64,000 nt of DNA from an uncultured delta proteobacterium. Its GTDB lineage: Bacteria > Desulfobacterota > Desulfobacteria > Desulfobacterales > JAHEIW01. Both the position numbers and the translations under genes were made by a program. The stretch covers positions 192,001 through 256,000 of the forward strand of contig CAVPNL010000006.1 of NCBI GenBank assembly GCA_963706575.1, read 5' to 3'. Shown in pieces: positions 29,793 to 39,755 of the stretch. The notes below the pieces were generated by a model that did not search any database, had not been told where the DNA came from, and saw only the letters and a program-made list of their open reading frames with translations. The first letter of the stretch is position 1, and each line of letters starts with the position of its first letter.

Positions 29793-31220
29793 TCATTCAA
29801 AAATCCACCTGAAAATATAGAATAATAGGATGGTCAGACCGGCCCCGACAGGGATGGTCACGATCCAAGAGATCACTATATCCCGAACGGTCCTCAGATT
29901 CAATGCCTCTAAACCTCTTGCCAGGCCGACACCCAACACAGCCCCGACCAGGGTATGGGTGGTTGAAATCGGGATTCCTAATTTACTTGCCAGCACGATG
30001 GTAACCGCTGCGGAAAACTCTGCTGAAAAACCCCTGCTGGGCGTAAGGTCGGTGATGCGCTTGCCCACTGTTTCAATTACCCGCCAGCCCCATGTCGCCA
30101 GGCCGATGATAATACCGATCCCGCCAAGGGCAAGCACCCAGGTGGGCACCGCCGTCTTCATGGCCACAGTGCCGGTTTTGACGATGTTGATAACGGCTGC
30201 AAGCGGGCCGATGGCGTTGGCAACATCATTGGCACCATGGGCAAAGGCAACGAAACCGGCGCTTAAAATTTGCAGATATACAAAAATGCGCTCCACCTTC
30301 TGGTAAGAGACGACTTCCATTTCCGCGTCTGTCTTCTGCTTTACTTCTGCCTTCATTCTGCCGACTCTTTCAAGGATATCTTTCAGTTCCGGCTGCATGT
30401 CGGCACTTGAGCTTTCCAGGGCTTTTTGCAGATTTTTATCTGCCCGGCTCAGGCCAATCGAAAGCGACCAGGAGGGCGGTAAAGTTTCCGCTTCATCGGG
30501 GATTTCCTGGATGTTTTTTAGCAAAAAATGGCTCACCACTGCCGCAACCAGACCGATGCCAGCGGCCATTAAAAGCGCTTGCGTTAAAGGCAAATCCAAA
30601 TGCAGGTTTTTCAACCCCTTAAACACCATTACCAAACTCAGAATTGAAAATACAAAGAAAACCAGGTAGGGGGTGAGTTGTTTGGCTTTTAATACGGGCG
30701 TCTCCGAGTCGAATACCTTCCTTCTGATGAAGCTAAATAAAAAAAACGCAATCGTACCACTGAGCAGCGGTGAAATCACCCAACTTGAAACGATCGCACC
30801 TACCTTGCCCCAGTGAACCGCCGATACACCGCCAACAACCATCCCAAATCCTATAATCGCACCGACAATTGAATGTGTAGTTGAAATGGGCCAGCCATAG
30901 TAAGAGGCGAACTGCAGCCAGGCAGCAGCTGCCAACATGGCGGCCAGCATGCCATATGCCAATAACATCGGTTGGTCATTAAAGCTCTGGGTATCAACAA
31001 TGCCCTTCCGCACCGTTTCGGAAACATGACTTCCCACAAAGAAAGCCCCGGAAAATTCAAGAATAGCCGCCAGGATAACAGCGTTTCTTAGCGTCAGGGC
31101 GCCTGAACCCACCGAAGTGCCCATGGCATTGGCCACGTCGTTGGCGCCCACGCTCCAGGCCATGTAAAACCCGAACAGCAAAGCCAGGGCAAAAACGATC
31201 ATTTCAGCGTTCATTTCCAC
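29793..31220 (-). CDS. pit: Inorganic phosphate transporter (PiT family)
   Basis: Two GANDVAN signatures and two PISTTH motifs. Confidence 0.95.
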   Translation of the reverse strand: MEMNAEMIVFALALLFGFYMAWSVGANDVANAMGTSVGSGALTLRNAVILAAILEFSGAFFVGSHVSETVRKGIVDTQSFNDQPMLLAYGMLAAMLAAAAWLQFASYYGWPISTTHSIVGAIIGFGMVVGGVSAVHWGKVGAIVSSWVISPLLSGTIAFFLFSFIRRKVFDSETPVLKAKQLTPYLVFFVFSILSLVMVFKGLKNLHLDLPLTQALLMAAGIGLVAAVVSHFLLKNIQEIPDEAETLPPSWSLSIGLSRADKNLQKALESSSADMQPELKDILERVGRMKAEVKQKTDAEMEVVSYQKVERIFVYLQILSAGFVAFAHGANDVANAIGPLAAVINIVKTGTVAMKTAVPTWVLALGGIGIIIGLATWGWRVIETVGKRITDLTPSRGFSAEFSAAVTIVLASKLGIPISTTHTLVGAVLGVGLARGLEALNLRTVRDIVISWIVTIPVGAGLTILLFYIFRWIFE

Positions 31221-31242
31221 TTATTTTTTGGTCCTATCCACC

Positions 31243-31338
31243 ATTCTGTAGTCATGGCGCACCCTATGCCGCCTGCATTTTCAGCATGATCGGTGATGGG
31301 GTGATGATTTCCGGCAGCCTTACCAGATGAAATACGGC
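31243..31338 (-). pseudogene. Relic 3' end of a second DUF47 gene
   Basis: gccgtatttcatctgg...ggaaatcatc...ccatcaccgatcatgctgaaaatgcaggcg aligns with the end of the DUF47 gene (AVFHL.RL.EII...DHAENAG). Confidence 0.7.
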
Positions 31339-31661
31339 AAGCGGATTCCGAATTGCACTAAAAACCATAATTTTATTATAATATCAAGGATTTACCATAA
31401 AAATCATGGCAGGATTAATCATGTTGCTGAGAACCAACCAGAGGTTTTGTCATCGTTGAAACTTTGGTTGGCGAGGCAATACCACGTTGGGTGCGGCAAA
31501 TCAATGAAAAAGCTGCGATCCAGGCGAAAAGACCACCGATCCATTTTTATATATATTGTAATCGTTAGAATGATTATGGCTGTTGTTTTATCTGCTGGTG
31601 CATATTTCATCGTTGGAATAAAGACAAGATCACTCGGTGTCGAAATGACCGTGATCGAAGA

Positions 31662-33440
31662 TCATTTGTTATGCGGCAAGTGAATGCTAAAGCGGCTGCC
31701 TTCTCCAAGCTGACTTTCAACCATTACATGACCGCCATGCGCCTGGGCAATGTGTTTGACGATCGCCAGACCCAGACCGGTTCCGCCCATTTTGCGGCTG
31801 CGCGCTTTGTCCACCCGGTAGAAGCGCTCGAAAAGTCGCGGCAGATGCTTTTGAGCAATGCCAATGCCGTGGTCCTGAATGCTGATAATCACCTCGGAAT
31901 TTTGTTGGTGTGATTTCACCAGAACCGTGCTTTGCGGTTCACTGAATTTAAGGGCATTGTCCAGCAGATTCACCACTGCCTGCTCGATGAGGCTGGGATC
32001 AATAATGCCGGTGGTGTCTTTTTCACAATCAAGATCAATACGGATCTTTTTTTCTTCGGCCTTGGGCTGGCACAAATGAATGGCCGCCTGACATACATCA
32101 ACAATTTTAGCCGGTTCAAAGTTAATTTCTTTTTGTTCGTCTTTTTGCTCAATACGTGCCAGTGCCAGCAGATCTTCGACGATGGAATTTAGGCGGTCGA
32201 CATGTTTTTGTATGATTCCCAGAAAGCGGCTGTTTTCTTCAGCTTTATCGACCTTTCCCTGCTGCAAAGTTTCCACAAAGCCTTTAATGGCCGTCAACGG
32301 CGTCCTAATCTCGTGGGAGACATTGGCCACGAGATCGCGCCGCATGTTTTCCAGGCGCCGCAGCTGGGTGACATCGTTAAATACCACGAGGGTGCCTATT
32401 TGCTGCTGGCCGGCATCCAGAAGCGGCGAGCTTTTCACATCGATGACGCGCTCTTCATTCTGATACACGGTGATATCTTCTTCGGCCGGGTTCGGATTGT
32501 TTAAGGCACTCTGGATAAACTGTTGCAGGGCCGGAGATCGAATGACTTCCTGAATACTTTTGCCCTGGCAGGTAGTTGGCTCATTATCAAATAGCTGCGC
32601 GGCGGCTCGGTTGATACTCACGATGCGCTCTTCGCTGTCAACCGCAATCACGCCTTCCAGCATACTGGCAAGAACCGTTTCGAGTTGATTGCGCTGGCTG
32701 ATAATGGTTTCAATACGACTATCCAGCTGGGCTGCCATCTGGTTCATGGCGTCGGCCAGGCCTGCCATTTCTTTGGTGGCAGGGGAGGCCAGCCGGTGAC
32801 TTAAATCGCCGCCGGCAAACTGCTCAGCGCTTTTTTTCATCTGCTCGATGGGCCGACTGATGCGGCGGGAGATGACCCAGCTGATGCCGGCCGCCAGCAA
32901 TGCGATGATGCATCCGCCCAGCGCAATTTTTAGCTGGATAGATCGGATTTCAGTCTGCACTGCGGTTGCCGGCAATGATGTCCGTAACACGGCCACAATT
33001 CCCCGGCCATCTCTGATCGGTACGGCGACATAAAGCATATCCTGCATGAGCGTGTTGCTGAATCGCAAAGATTTGCCGGTTTGGCCGGCCAGCGCGGTGA
33101 TGATTTCCGGCCGGTTGGCATGATTGTCCATCAGGCGCGGTGTTTCACGGGAATCACCGATCACTGACCCGTCTGGCAGGATAACGGTGATACGCGTTGC
33201 CGAAAGTCGCCCCGCTTCTTTGCAGATGGCGTCGATGGCTTCACCGCGCAATGGTGAAAGCAGCTCCTTGATCTGTATGTCCAAAAGAGCGGCTCTGGCT
33301 TTGAGGTCTGTGGCGGTCTGGTCCAGAAAAAATTGGCGCATAGCCTCAGATGCATACCAGCTGACGGCCAGCAGTGAAATCAGCGTGATCAGCAGATAGG
33401 ATGGGAAAAGCTGCCAGAGCAATCTTTTGCGTCTGTTCAT
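31662..33440 (-). CDS. phoR: PhoR-like sensor kinase (HAMP-PAS-HisKA-HATPase)
   Basis: LENMRRDLVANVSHEIRTPL, FERFYRVDKARSR..GGTGLGLAIVKH; located in the phosphate locus. Confidence 0.88.
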   Translation of the reverse strand: MNRRKRLLWQLFPSYLLITLISLLAVSWYASEAMRQFFLDQTATDLKARAALLDIQIKELLSPLRGEAIDAICKEAGRLSATRITVILPDGSVIGDSRETPRLMDNHANRPEIITALAGQTGKSLRFSNTLMQDMLYVAVPIRDGRGIVAVLRTSLPATAVQTEIRSIQLKIALGGCIIALLAAGISWVISRRISRPIEQMKKSAEQFAGGDLSHRLASPATKEMAGLADAMNQMAAQLDSRIETIISQRNQLETVLASMLEGVIAVDSEERIVSINRAAAQLFDNEPTTCQGKSIQEVIRSPALQQFIQSALNNPNPAEEDITVYQNEERVIDVKSSPLLDAGQQQIGTLVVFNDVTQLRRLENMRRDLVANVSHEIRTPLTAIKGFVETLQQGKVDKAEENSRFLGIIQKHVDRLNSIVEDLLALARIEQKDEQKEINFEPAKIVDVCQAAIHLCQPKAEEKKIRIDLDCEKDTTGIIDPSLIEQAVVNLLDNALKFSEPQSTVLVKSHQQNSEVIISIQDHGIGIAQKHLPRLFERFYRVDKARSRKMGGTGLGLAIVKHIAQAHGGHVMVESQLGEGSRFSIHLPHNK

Positions 33441-34129
33441 GGGGTCTCTCTGAACCGATACCCGACACCCCGGACCGTTTCGATATATATGCCATAGGTG
33501 CCGAGTTTTTTGCGCAACCCGACGATTTGGACATCCACACTTCGATCGGTGACAGGATAATCGTTGCCGCGAATCGAATCCACAATATGAGAGCGGGTAA
33601 ATACCCAGCCGGGTCGCTTTGCCAGAAGTAAGAGTACCTGAAATTCGGTGTAAGTTAAATCGATTGGGTTGCCTTTGGCCAGCACGCTGCGCCGGCCGGG
33701 ATTGATTTCCAGGTCATGGATTTTCACGATCGCCATTTCATCTTGCGGTTCTTCCTTATGGCGGCGAAGGGCCGTGCGCACCCGGGCGATCATGACCTTG
33801 GGGCTGAAGGGCTTGGTAATATAGTCATCCGCGCCAAGTTCCAGGCCGGTGACGATATCGGATTCTTCCCCTTTGGCGGTTAACATGATGATCGGAATGC
33901 TGCGGAGTCTGGAATCATTTTTCACGGTTTTGGTAAATGCCAGCCCGTCCATTCCCGGCAGCATCAGATCAAGGACAATTAAATCAAATGTATCCGAACG
34001 TACTTTGCGAAGTGCATCTTCACCCGTCAGGGCTCCGGTGACGTGATACCCCTCGCGCGACAGGTTATAGCGCACCAGTTCGAGGATATCTTCCTCGTCA
34101 TCGACGACCAGAATTTTTTCCTTTGCCAT
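33437..34129 (-). CDS. phoB: PhoB/PhoP-like OmpR-family response regulator
   Basis: LDLMLPGMDG, GLELGADDYITKPFSP, IETVRGVGY. Overlaps phoR by 4 nt. Confidence 0.88.
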   Translation of the reverse strand: MAKEKILVVDDEEDILELVRYNLSREGYHVTGALTGEDALRKVRSDTFDLIVLDLMLPGMDGLAFTKTVKNDSRLRSIPIIMLTAKGEESDIVTGLELGADDYITKPFSPKVMIARVRTALRRHKEEPQDEMAIVKIHDLEINPGRRSVLAKGNPIDLTYTEFQVLLLLAKRPGWVFTRSHIVDSIRGNDYPVTDRSVDVQIVGLRKKLGTYGIYIETVRGVGYRFRETP

Positions 34130-34206
34130 TTTATACTCCAAGATTGTTATCGGGTTGATTAACTCGAAATAACACGTTTTGAATATTCGTATTCGGCCAA
34201 GGAAAT

Positions 34207-34245
34207 TATGAATTTATTGTTATCATAAAGTTAAGATATTGTTAA
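34207..34245 (-). promoter_or_regulatory. Pho-box-like 11-bp-period repeats upstream of phoB
   Basis: Minus strand TTAACA-N5-TTAACT-N5-ATAACA-N5-TTCATA. Confidence 0.6.
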
Positions 34246-34515
34246 ATAATTATTAGGAACTGGTCAAAAAATAGTCGGACACATTTTTTGGTTGAGCCGG
34301 TTGAGCCCGTTGCCCGCTGCGCCCGGTAAAAAAAATAAAATCAGATAGTTTTCCGATTTCAACGGGCAACGGGCCAACGGGACAACCGATATCATTCGAG
34401 TATGAGAGCGTTGAGATACCTACCAAAGAATAACATAGAGCTTGACAAATTTGTGGGCTGCCTTCTCCAGGCTTACTTTCAACCGGAACATGACCGCTCA
34501 ATAATAACTTAGGGC

Positions 34516-34562
34516 TTGACAAATTTTTAGAACGAGATATATTTGAATATATGTTCAGATAT
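34516..34562 (+). promoter_or_regulatory. Sigma70 promoter with ArsR/SmtB-type inverted-repeat operator
   Basis: TTGACA (34516) ... TATATT, overlapped by the inverted repeat ATATTTGAATATATGTTCAGATAT (34539..34562). Confidence 0.7.
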
Positions 34563-34575
34563 TCAAGGAGTGGGT

Positions 34576-34952
34576 ATGGGTTCTATGCAAGAGCCAAATG
34601 TTTAGATGGGGATGACTGCCAGGTGCGGGTGATTCACCTGGATCGGGTGGAACGGGCGCGCAGAGAAACGGTTTCCGGAAAAGAACTGAACCGGCTGTCA
34701 TCGATTTATAAGGTTCTGGGTGATCCCAGCCGCCTGAAGATTGTCATGGCACTGCGAAACGTTGAAATGTGCGTATGCGATCTGGCGGCATTTCTGGGAC
34801 TGACGGAGTCGGCCATATCGCATCAATTGCGCCGCTTCAAAGATCTGGCATTGGTCAAAAGCCGCCGCGAAGGCCAGGTGATCTATTATTCACTGGATGA
34901 TGAGCATGTGGCGGAGCTGTTGAATATAGGACTTGCACATGTCACAGAATAA
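34576..34952 (+). CDS. ArsR/SmtB-family metalloregulator (CadC/SmtB-like; probable frameshift near 34601)
   Basis: EMCVCDLA, SAISHQLR, YYSLDDEHV...HVTE alpha5 site. RBS AAGGAG before ATG 34576. Confidence 0.88.
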
Positions 34953-35096
34953 TTTTTCGATGCCTAAAAAAGGCCTTTTTCCGAAATGCGGCGTTCTCCG
35001 CGGGCTTAATTCGTCAACGTACGATGAGTACGCCTCCTCGCAAACCCTTGTGCGGCCTTGCCTTTCGAAAAAACTCCTTATTTATGCATCGAAAAA
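34953..35096. mobile_element. MITE-like element, family C
   Basis: TIRs TTTTTCGATGCCTAAA / TTTATGCATCGAAAAA; internal CGTAC..GTACG hairpin. Confidence 0.65.
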
Positions 35097-35132
35097 ACTT
35101 TTTTAAAAAAATATTAAAGTAAGGATAAAAAA

Positions 35133-36318
35133 TTGAATTTTATTGTCGATATTTTGCTTGCAAGTTGGAATTTGCTTGTTGATGCTTCGGTTTACATTTT
35201 ATTCGGTTTGCTGGTGGCCGGGCTTTTACGGGTATTTTTAAATCCGAATTCGATTGCCAAACATTTGGGCCAGGGGCGATTTAAATCCGTTATCAAGGCC
35301 GCTTTTTTTGGAATACCGATTCCGTTGTGATCGTGCGGTGTTCTGCCCGCAGCCGTGTCGCTGCGCAAACAGGGAGCCAGCAATGGCGCCACCACCGCTT
35401 TTTTGATTTCAACACCGGAATCCGGCGTGGATTCCATTTCCATTACCTACGCACTGCTGGATCCGATCATGACGGTCGCCCGCCCGTTGGTGGCCTTTGT
35501 GACCGCTGCGGTTGCGGGAATTACGGAAAATCTTTTTGGTTCAAACAACCAAACAGCACGGATTACCCCGGATTTGAGCTGTCCGGTGGATGGCTGCTGC
35601 GACGGACAAAACTGCTCCCCTGAGGAACACCGGCAACATCATAGTTTCTGGGAGAAATTTTCCGCCGGAATGCGTTTTGCCATCGGTGATCTCTGGGAAG
35701 ATCTGGCAGCGTGGTTTCTGATCGGACTCATATTGGCCGGATTGATTACCGTGCTGATCCCGCCGGATATGTTTGGTCAGATATCTGGGAGCCGGCCTTC
35801 CGGCCATGCTGATCATGCTGGCCATCGGCATTCCCTTGTATATTTGCGCGACGGCCTCCACACCGATTGCCGCCGCCCTGATTCTAAAGGGCGTCAGCCC
35901 GGGCGCAGCTCTGGTATTTCTTTTAGCCGGACCGGCGACAAACATGGCGTCTTTGACGGTCCTTACCGGCACGCTGGGCAAGCGGGCCACCGCCATTTAC
36001 CTGGCATCCATAGCGGTATGCGCCGTCTTGTTCGGTTTAATCGTTGACCAGGTTTATGCGTCTTTAGGCATTTCGGCCCAGGCGGTGGTGGGCCAGGCTT
36101 CTGAAATTGTGCCTGAATGGGCCGGTTTGCTCGGTGCCATTGCTATTCTGGGGATGTCAATCAAACCCGTCTGGAGCGCCATCCGGGCGCGCTTCAAACC
36201 GGCAGTGCCGCAGGAAGATGTCGAACATGAATTTAAACCTACCCGTCAAGAACCGCTGCCGGTGATTTCCGATTGTTGCCCGAACTGTGATTCTTCATCC
36301 GATTCAGGGCGATCCTGA
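35133..36318 (+). CDS. SO_0444/ArsP (DUF318)-type permease, probable selenoprotein (TGA 35328..35330); frameshift near 35778
   Basis: GIPIPL-[TGA]-SCGVLPAAVSLRKQGAS...FLISTPESGVDS in one frame. The family motif is PLCSCG. Second half PLYICATASTP, FLLAGPATN. Confidence 0.85.
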
Positions 36319-36344
36319 ACGCATCTACCTTAACTATCGTTTCA

Positions 36345-36533
36345 AATTAGCCACGGACCCGGCTTCGCTCTTGCAAGCTTCGCCGCGGCGGGCCCCACAC
36401 AGACCCACACAAAAATTTTGGCCGAGCCGACATTGCTCGGCCAAAAACTGTCATCCTACAACGCATTAAGTGTATTCCCACGACCATAGTGTCGTCACAA
36501 TATGAAATTGTCCGTGTATGTCCGTGGCTAATT
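36345..36533. repeat. Inverted-repeat-bounded intergenic element
   Basis: AATTAGCCACGGAC / GTCCGTGGCTAATT ends; internal hairpin TTTTGGCCGAGC..GCTCGGCCAAAA. Confidence 0.6.
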
Positions 36534-37349
36534 GAATAATCGCTCTTCACCGCAGAAGACATACAGCCCGGCATCATCATCATCCAATGATGCCAGGGTG
36601 ATGTTGAGGCGGCCAGCCAGTTCTACCGCCAGCGCAGTGGGACGGGAATGGGCCAGGATAATCGGAATGCGCGCCCGGGCGGATTTCTGGACCAATTCAT
36701 AGCTGATACGGGATGAGAGGATGAGAAGCTCGGCCTGGTCGAGCCGGCGCTCCAAAAAGATTTTACCGATGGCCTTGTCGAGGGCATTATGGCGCCCGAC
36801 ATCTTCCGCAACCGCCAATAGTTCCTGGCCGGCACCATAAATCGCCGCGGCATGGGAGGCCAGGGTTTGCGTACGCAGGGGCTGGATATTGGGAAGTGCC
36901 TCCAGGCAGGTCAGGGCTTTTTTCATGTCAATCGATTGGCTGTTCTCCAGCGGTTTAATGATCTGGAAAAGGTCTTCGATCAGCTCCTTGCCGCACAGAC
37001 CGCAGCTGGTCTGACTGATAAAACCCCGTCGATCCATTATATCCGATATTTGTTCACGCCGCGCCGGCGTCAGCGTTATCGTCACCACATTGCTGTCATC
37101 ATCTTCGCAAAATCCGATGGACGTTAAATCATCCGGGGTATCAATGATGCCTTCAGTCAGGCAAAAACCGGCCACATGAGCGAATTCATCACCCGGTGTG
37201 CGCATCACCACGGCATAGGGTTTGCCCTCAATGCGAATTGAAAGCGGCTCTTCTCCCAACAGTTTCTGGTTCGTGGCAGTTTTCGTTCGGTTGTTCCAAT
37301 GAATCAATTTTTGGTTAAAAACTTTATCCAAGTCGACCTCCGTTGCCAT
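36528..37349 (-). CDS. fdhD: FdhD/NarQ formate dehydrogenase accessory sulfurtransferase
   Basis: EEPLSI, MRTPG, TSCGLCG, EDVGRHNALDKAIG, SSRISYELVQK. Confidence 0.95.
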   Translation of the reverse strand: MATEVDLDKVFNQKLIHWNNRTKTATNQKLLGEEPLSIRIEGKPYAVVMRTPGDEFAHVAGFCLTEGIIDTPDDLTSIGFCEDDDSNVVTITLTPARREQISDIMDRRGFISQTSCGLCGKELIEDLFQIIKPLENSQSIDMKKALTCLEALPNIQPLRTQTLASHAAAIYGAGQELLAVAEDVGRHNALDKAIGKIFLERRLDQAELLILSSRISYELVQKSARARIPIILAHSRPTALAVELAGRLNITLASLDDDDAGLYVFCGEERLFN

Positions 37350-37589
37350 GCGGATATGCGGTTCGGGTTTGCAGCGAATGATATTCGCTTTCAGCTCATT
37401 TTCCCCTGCGATCTTTTCAGGCTTGCAGTCTTATGCGGCGCGCGGATATGCCCGCCAGGTTACACACAATATATGACCATTTAATAATATGTCCAATTTG
37501 AAAGAAAATTCAACTTTTTCTTGACAAATTTCTCTAAAAGATTAATATTTCAGAGTTTTAGAACCGAAAAAACAGTTAAGGAGGCCGAT

Positions 37590-38246
37590 TTGATATACGC
37601 AGTAATAACTTCAGGCGGAAAACAATATAAAGTTGAAGAAGGTGAAACCTTAAAGGTTGAAAAGATCCCCGGTACTGTTGGCAGTTCGGTTAAGTTTGAC
37701 CGGGTGTTGATGATTTCTGACGGCGATACGTCCAGTATCGGTCAGCCCGTTTTGGATGATGCGTTGGTTGAAGGGCATATTGTTGAGCAGGGCAAATCCA
37801 AAAAGATTATAGTTTTTAAGTATAAACGTCGCAAACGCTATCGCCGTAAGCAGGGACACCGGCAGCAATATACCGCAATTAAAATAGACAGCATTAAGGC
37901 CAAAGCCATAAAGGCCCGCGAAAAGGTCGAACCCGAAACCGAAACAGAGGCCAAGAAACCGGCAGTTGAAAAAGTGGCGGCCAGGGAAACAGCCGCCGGG
38001 ATTGAGGCTAAAAAACCGGAGGCCCCAAAAGCCGCGGTAAAGAAAAAAGCAGCCAAGAAGCCTGAAGCCAAGGCAGAAACCAAGAAAAAAGAGACAAAGA
38101 AGGCTGTTAAACCCAAAGCCAAGAAAGCAGAAGCCAAATCCAAGGCCAAAAAAGCGACACCCAAGAAGGAGGCCGCCAAGAAAGCCGCAGCTAAAAAGCC
38201 TGCAGCCAAAAAAACAGCGACCAAATCAAAGAAAAAGACCGACTAA
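37590..38246 (+). CDS. rplU: 50S ribosomal protein L21 with long Lys/Ala-rich C-terminal extension
   Basis: YAVITSGGKQYKV...FKYKRRKRYRRKQGHRQQYT. TTG start after AAGGAGG. Confidence 0.95.
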   Translation: MIYAVITSGGKQYKVEEGETLKVEKIPGTVGSSVKFDRVLMISDGDTSSIGQPVLDDALVEGHIVEQGKSKKIIVFKYKRRKRYRRKQGHRQQYTAIKIDSIKAKAIKAREKVEPETETEAKKPAVEKVAARETAAGIEAKKPEAPKAAVKKKAAKKPEAKAETKKKETKKAVKPKAKKAEAKSKAKKATPKKEAAKKAAAKKPAAKKTATKSKKKTD

Positions 38247-38290
38247 TTTATTTGAAATAAGCTTTTATTAAAATGCTTATATCCTTATAA

Positions 38291-38335
38291 TAACTTTAGT
38301 CACTTTAGTTCATTTTAGGCATTTTAGGCACTTCT
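38291..38335. repeat. Partial family B repeat array
   Basis: TAACTTTAGTCACTTTAGTTCATTTTAGGCATTTTAGGCACTTCT, almost identical to 16878..16922. Confidence 0.8.
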
Positions 38336-38411
38336 TCGGCATAAGCGAAAAATTTGGCCATCTTGCCTAATTATAATTTTGATAATTTAGATTTCTAATA
38401 GGAGTATAACC

Positions 38412-38666
38412 ATGGCTCATAAAAAAGCAGCTGGTAGCTCAAAAAATGGACGCGACAGCAATGCCCAACGGCGCGGTGTAAAACGATATGGCGGTGAAAA
38501 AGTAAAAGCTGGTAATATCCTGATACGCCAGGTGGGGACACGGATCCATCCGGGTGACAACGTCGGAATGGGCAAGGATTATACCCTTTTCGCCAAAATT
38601 GACGGTACTGTTGCATATGAGAGGGTCGGCCGTGCGCGCAAACGCGTTAGCGTATACGCCGAGTGA
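38412..38666 (+). CDS. rpmA: 50S ribosomal protein L27
   Basis: [16 protein letters not shown]...GKDYTLFA. Confidence 0.98.
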   Translation: MAHKKAAGSSKNGRDSNAQRRGVKRYGGEKVKAGNILIRQVGTRIHPGDNVGMGKDYTLFAKIDGTVAYERVGRARKRVSVYAE

Positions 38667-39668
38667 AATTTATTGATGAAGCCATTATCACTGTTGAGTC
38701 CGGTGATGGCGGCCGGGGGTGCGTCAGTTTTCGGCGTGAAAAGCATGTTCCCCGTGGTGGTCCGGACGGCGGTGACGGAGGAAAAGGCGGCGATGTTACT
38801 TTTAAAAGTACATCACGCCGACGTACTCTTTTTCCATTCCAATTAAAGCGCCAGTTTAAAGCCAAAAACGGCGTCCACGGTCAGGGAAAACAAAAAACCG
38901 GAAGAAACGGTAAAGACCTGATCATCGAAATCCCACCCGGCACCCTGGTCAAAGATGCCGATACCAACGAAGTTTTAAAAGATTTTACCGCGGCCGGTGA
39001 ATCTTATACCGTTGTGCCTGGCGGTAGAGGCGGCCGCGGGAATGCCCGTTTTAAAACATCCACCAATCGGGCCCCCCGCTATGCTCAACCCGGTGAAGAA
39101 GGTCAAAACCGTCGGCTTAAACTCGAGCTCAAGCTTTTAGCCGATGTCGGAATTATCGGACTGCCCAATGCCGGCAAATCGACCCTGATCAGCAAGATTT
39201 CCTCCGCTACCCCTAAAATCGGTAATTATCCTTTCACCACCCTGACGCCGACGCTGGGTGTTGTCGAAACCGAGCTGGAGTGATCCTTTTGTCGTTGCCG
39301 ATATCCCCGGCTTAATTGAAGGCGCCCATGAAGGGGCCGGTCTTGGCACCCAGTTTTTGCGGCATATTGAGCGGACCCGGATTTTAATCCATCTCATCGA
39401 TGCCGGAACCATTGACCGGGAACATCCCCTCGATCAATTGAAAACCGTCAACCGGGAAATAGAATCTTTTAATCCGCAGTTGATCCAAAAACCGCAGATC
39501 GTAGTGCTGAATAAAATGGATTTGCCGGGTGCACAAGAGGCGGCAGATGCCTTTGCTGCTGCGCTGGATACAGAATCAGTCGTTTTAATTTCGGCGCTCA
39601 AAAAAAAGGGGATGAAGCGCCTGGTTTCGCGAATAATCGAATTGCTGGATAAACCCGGCGGTGGATAA
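38663..39668 (+). CDS. obgE: GTPase ObgE/CgtA (frameshift near 39272)
   Basis: [48 protein letters not shown]. Follows rplU-rpmA. Confidence 0.95.
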
Positions 39669-39755
39669 CCGGAGTTGGTCTGCCAAAATATAACGATTGG
39701 CAATCCTGTTAACAAGCGTTTGATTTGCGTTTGATTTATATGGTATTGAAATAAC

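Noticed and set aside
31327..31683. 118-aa ORF between pit and phoR
   Set aside because: AT-rich intergenic sequence with no motif or clear RBS, overlapping the DUF47 relic.
39281..39283. TGA in obgE, and TGA at 27257 in pstS and 2367 in the HDOD gene, as selenocysteine
   Set aside because: Homology continues in a different frame, so these stops result from frameshifts and are not at Cys positions.
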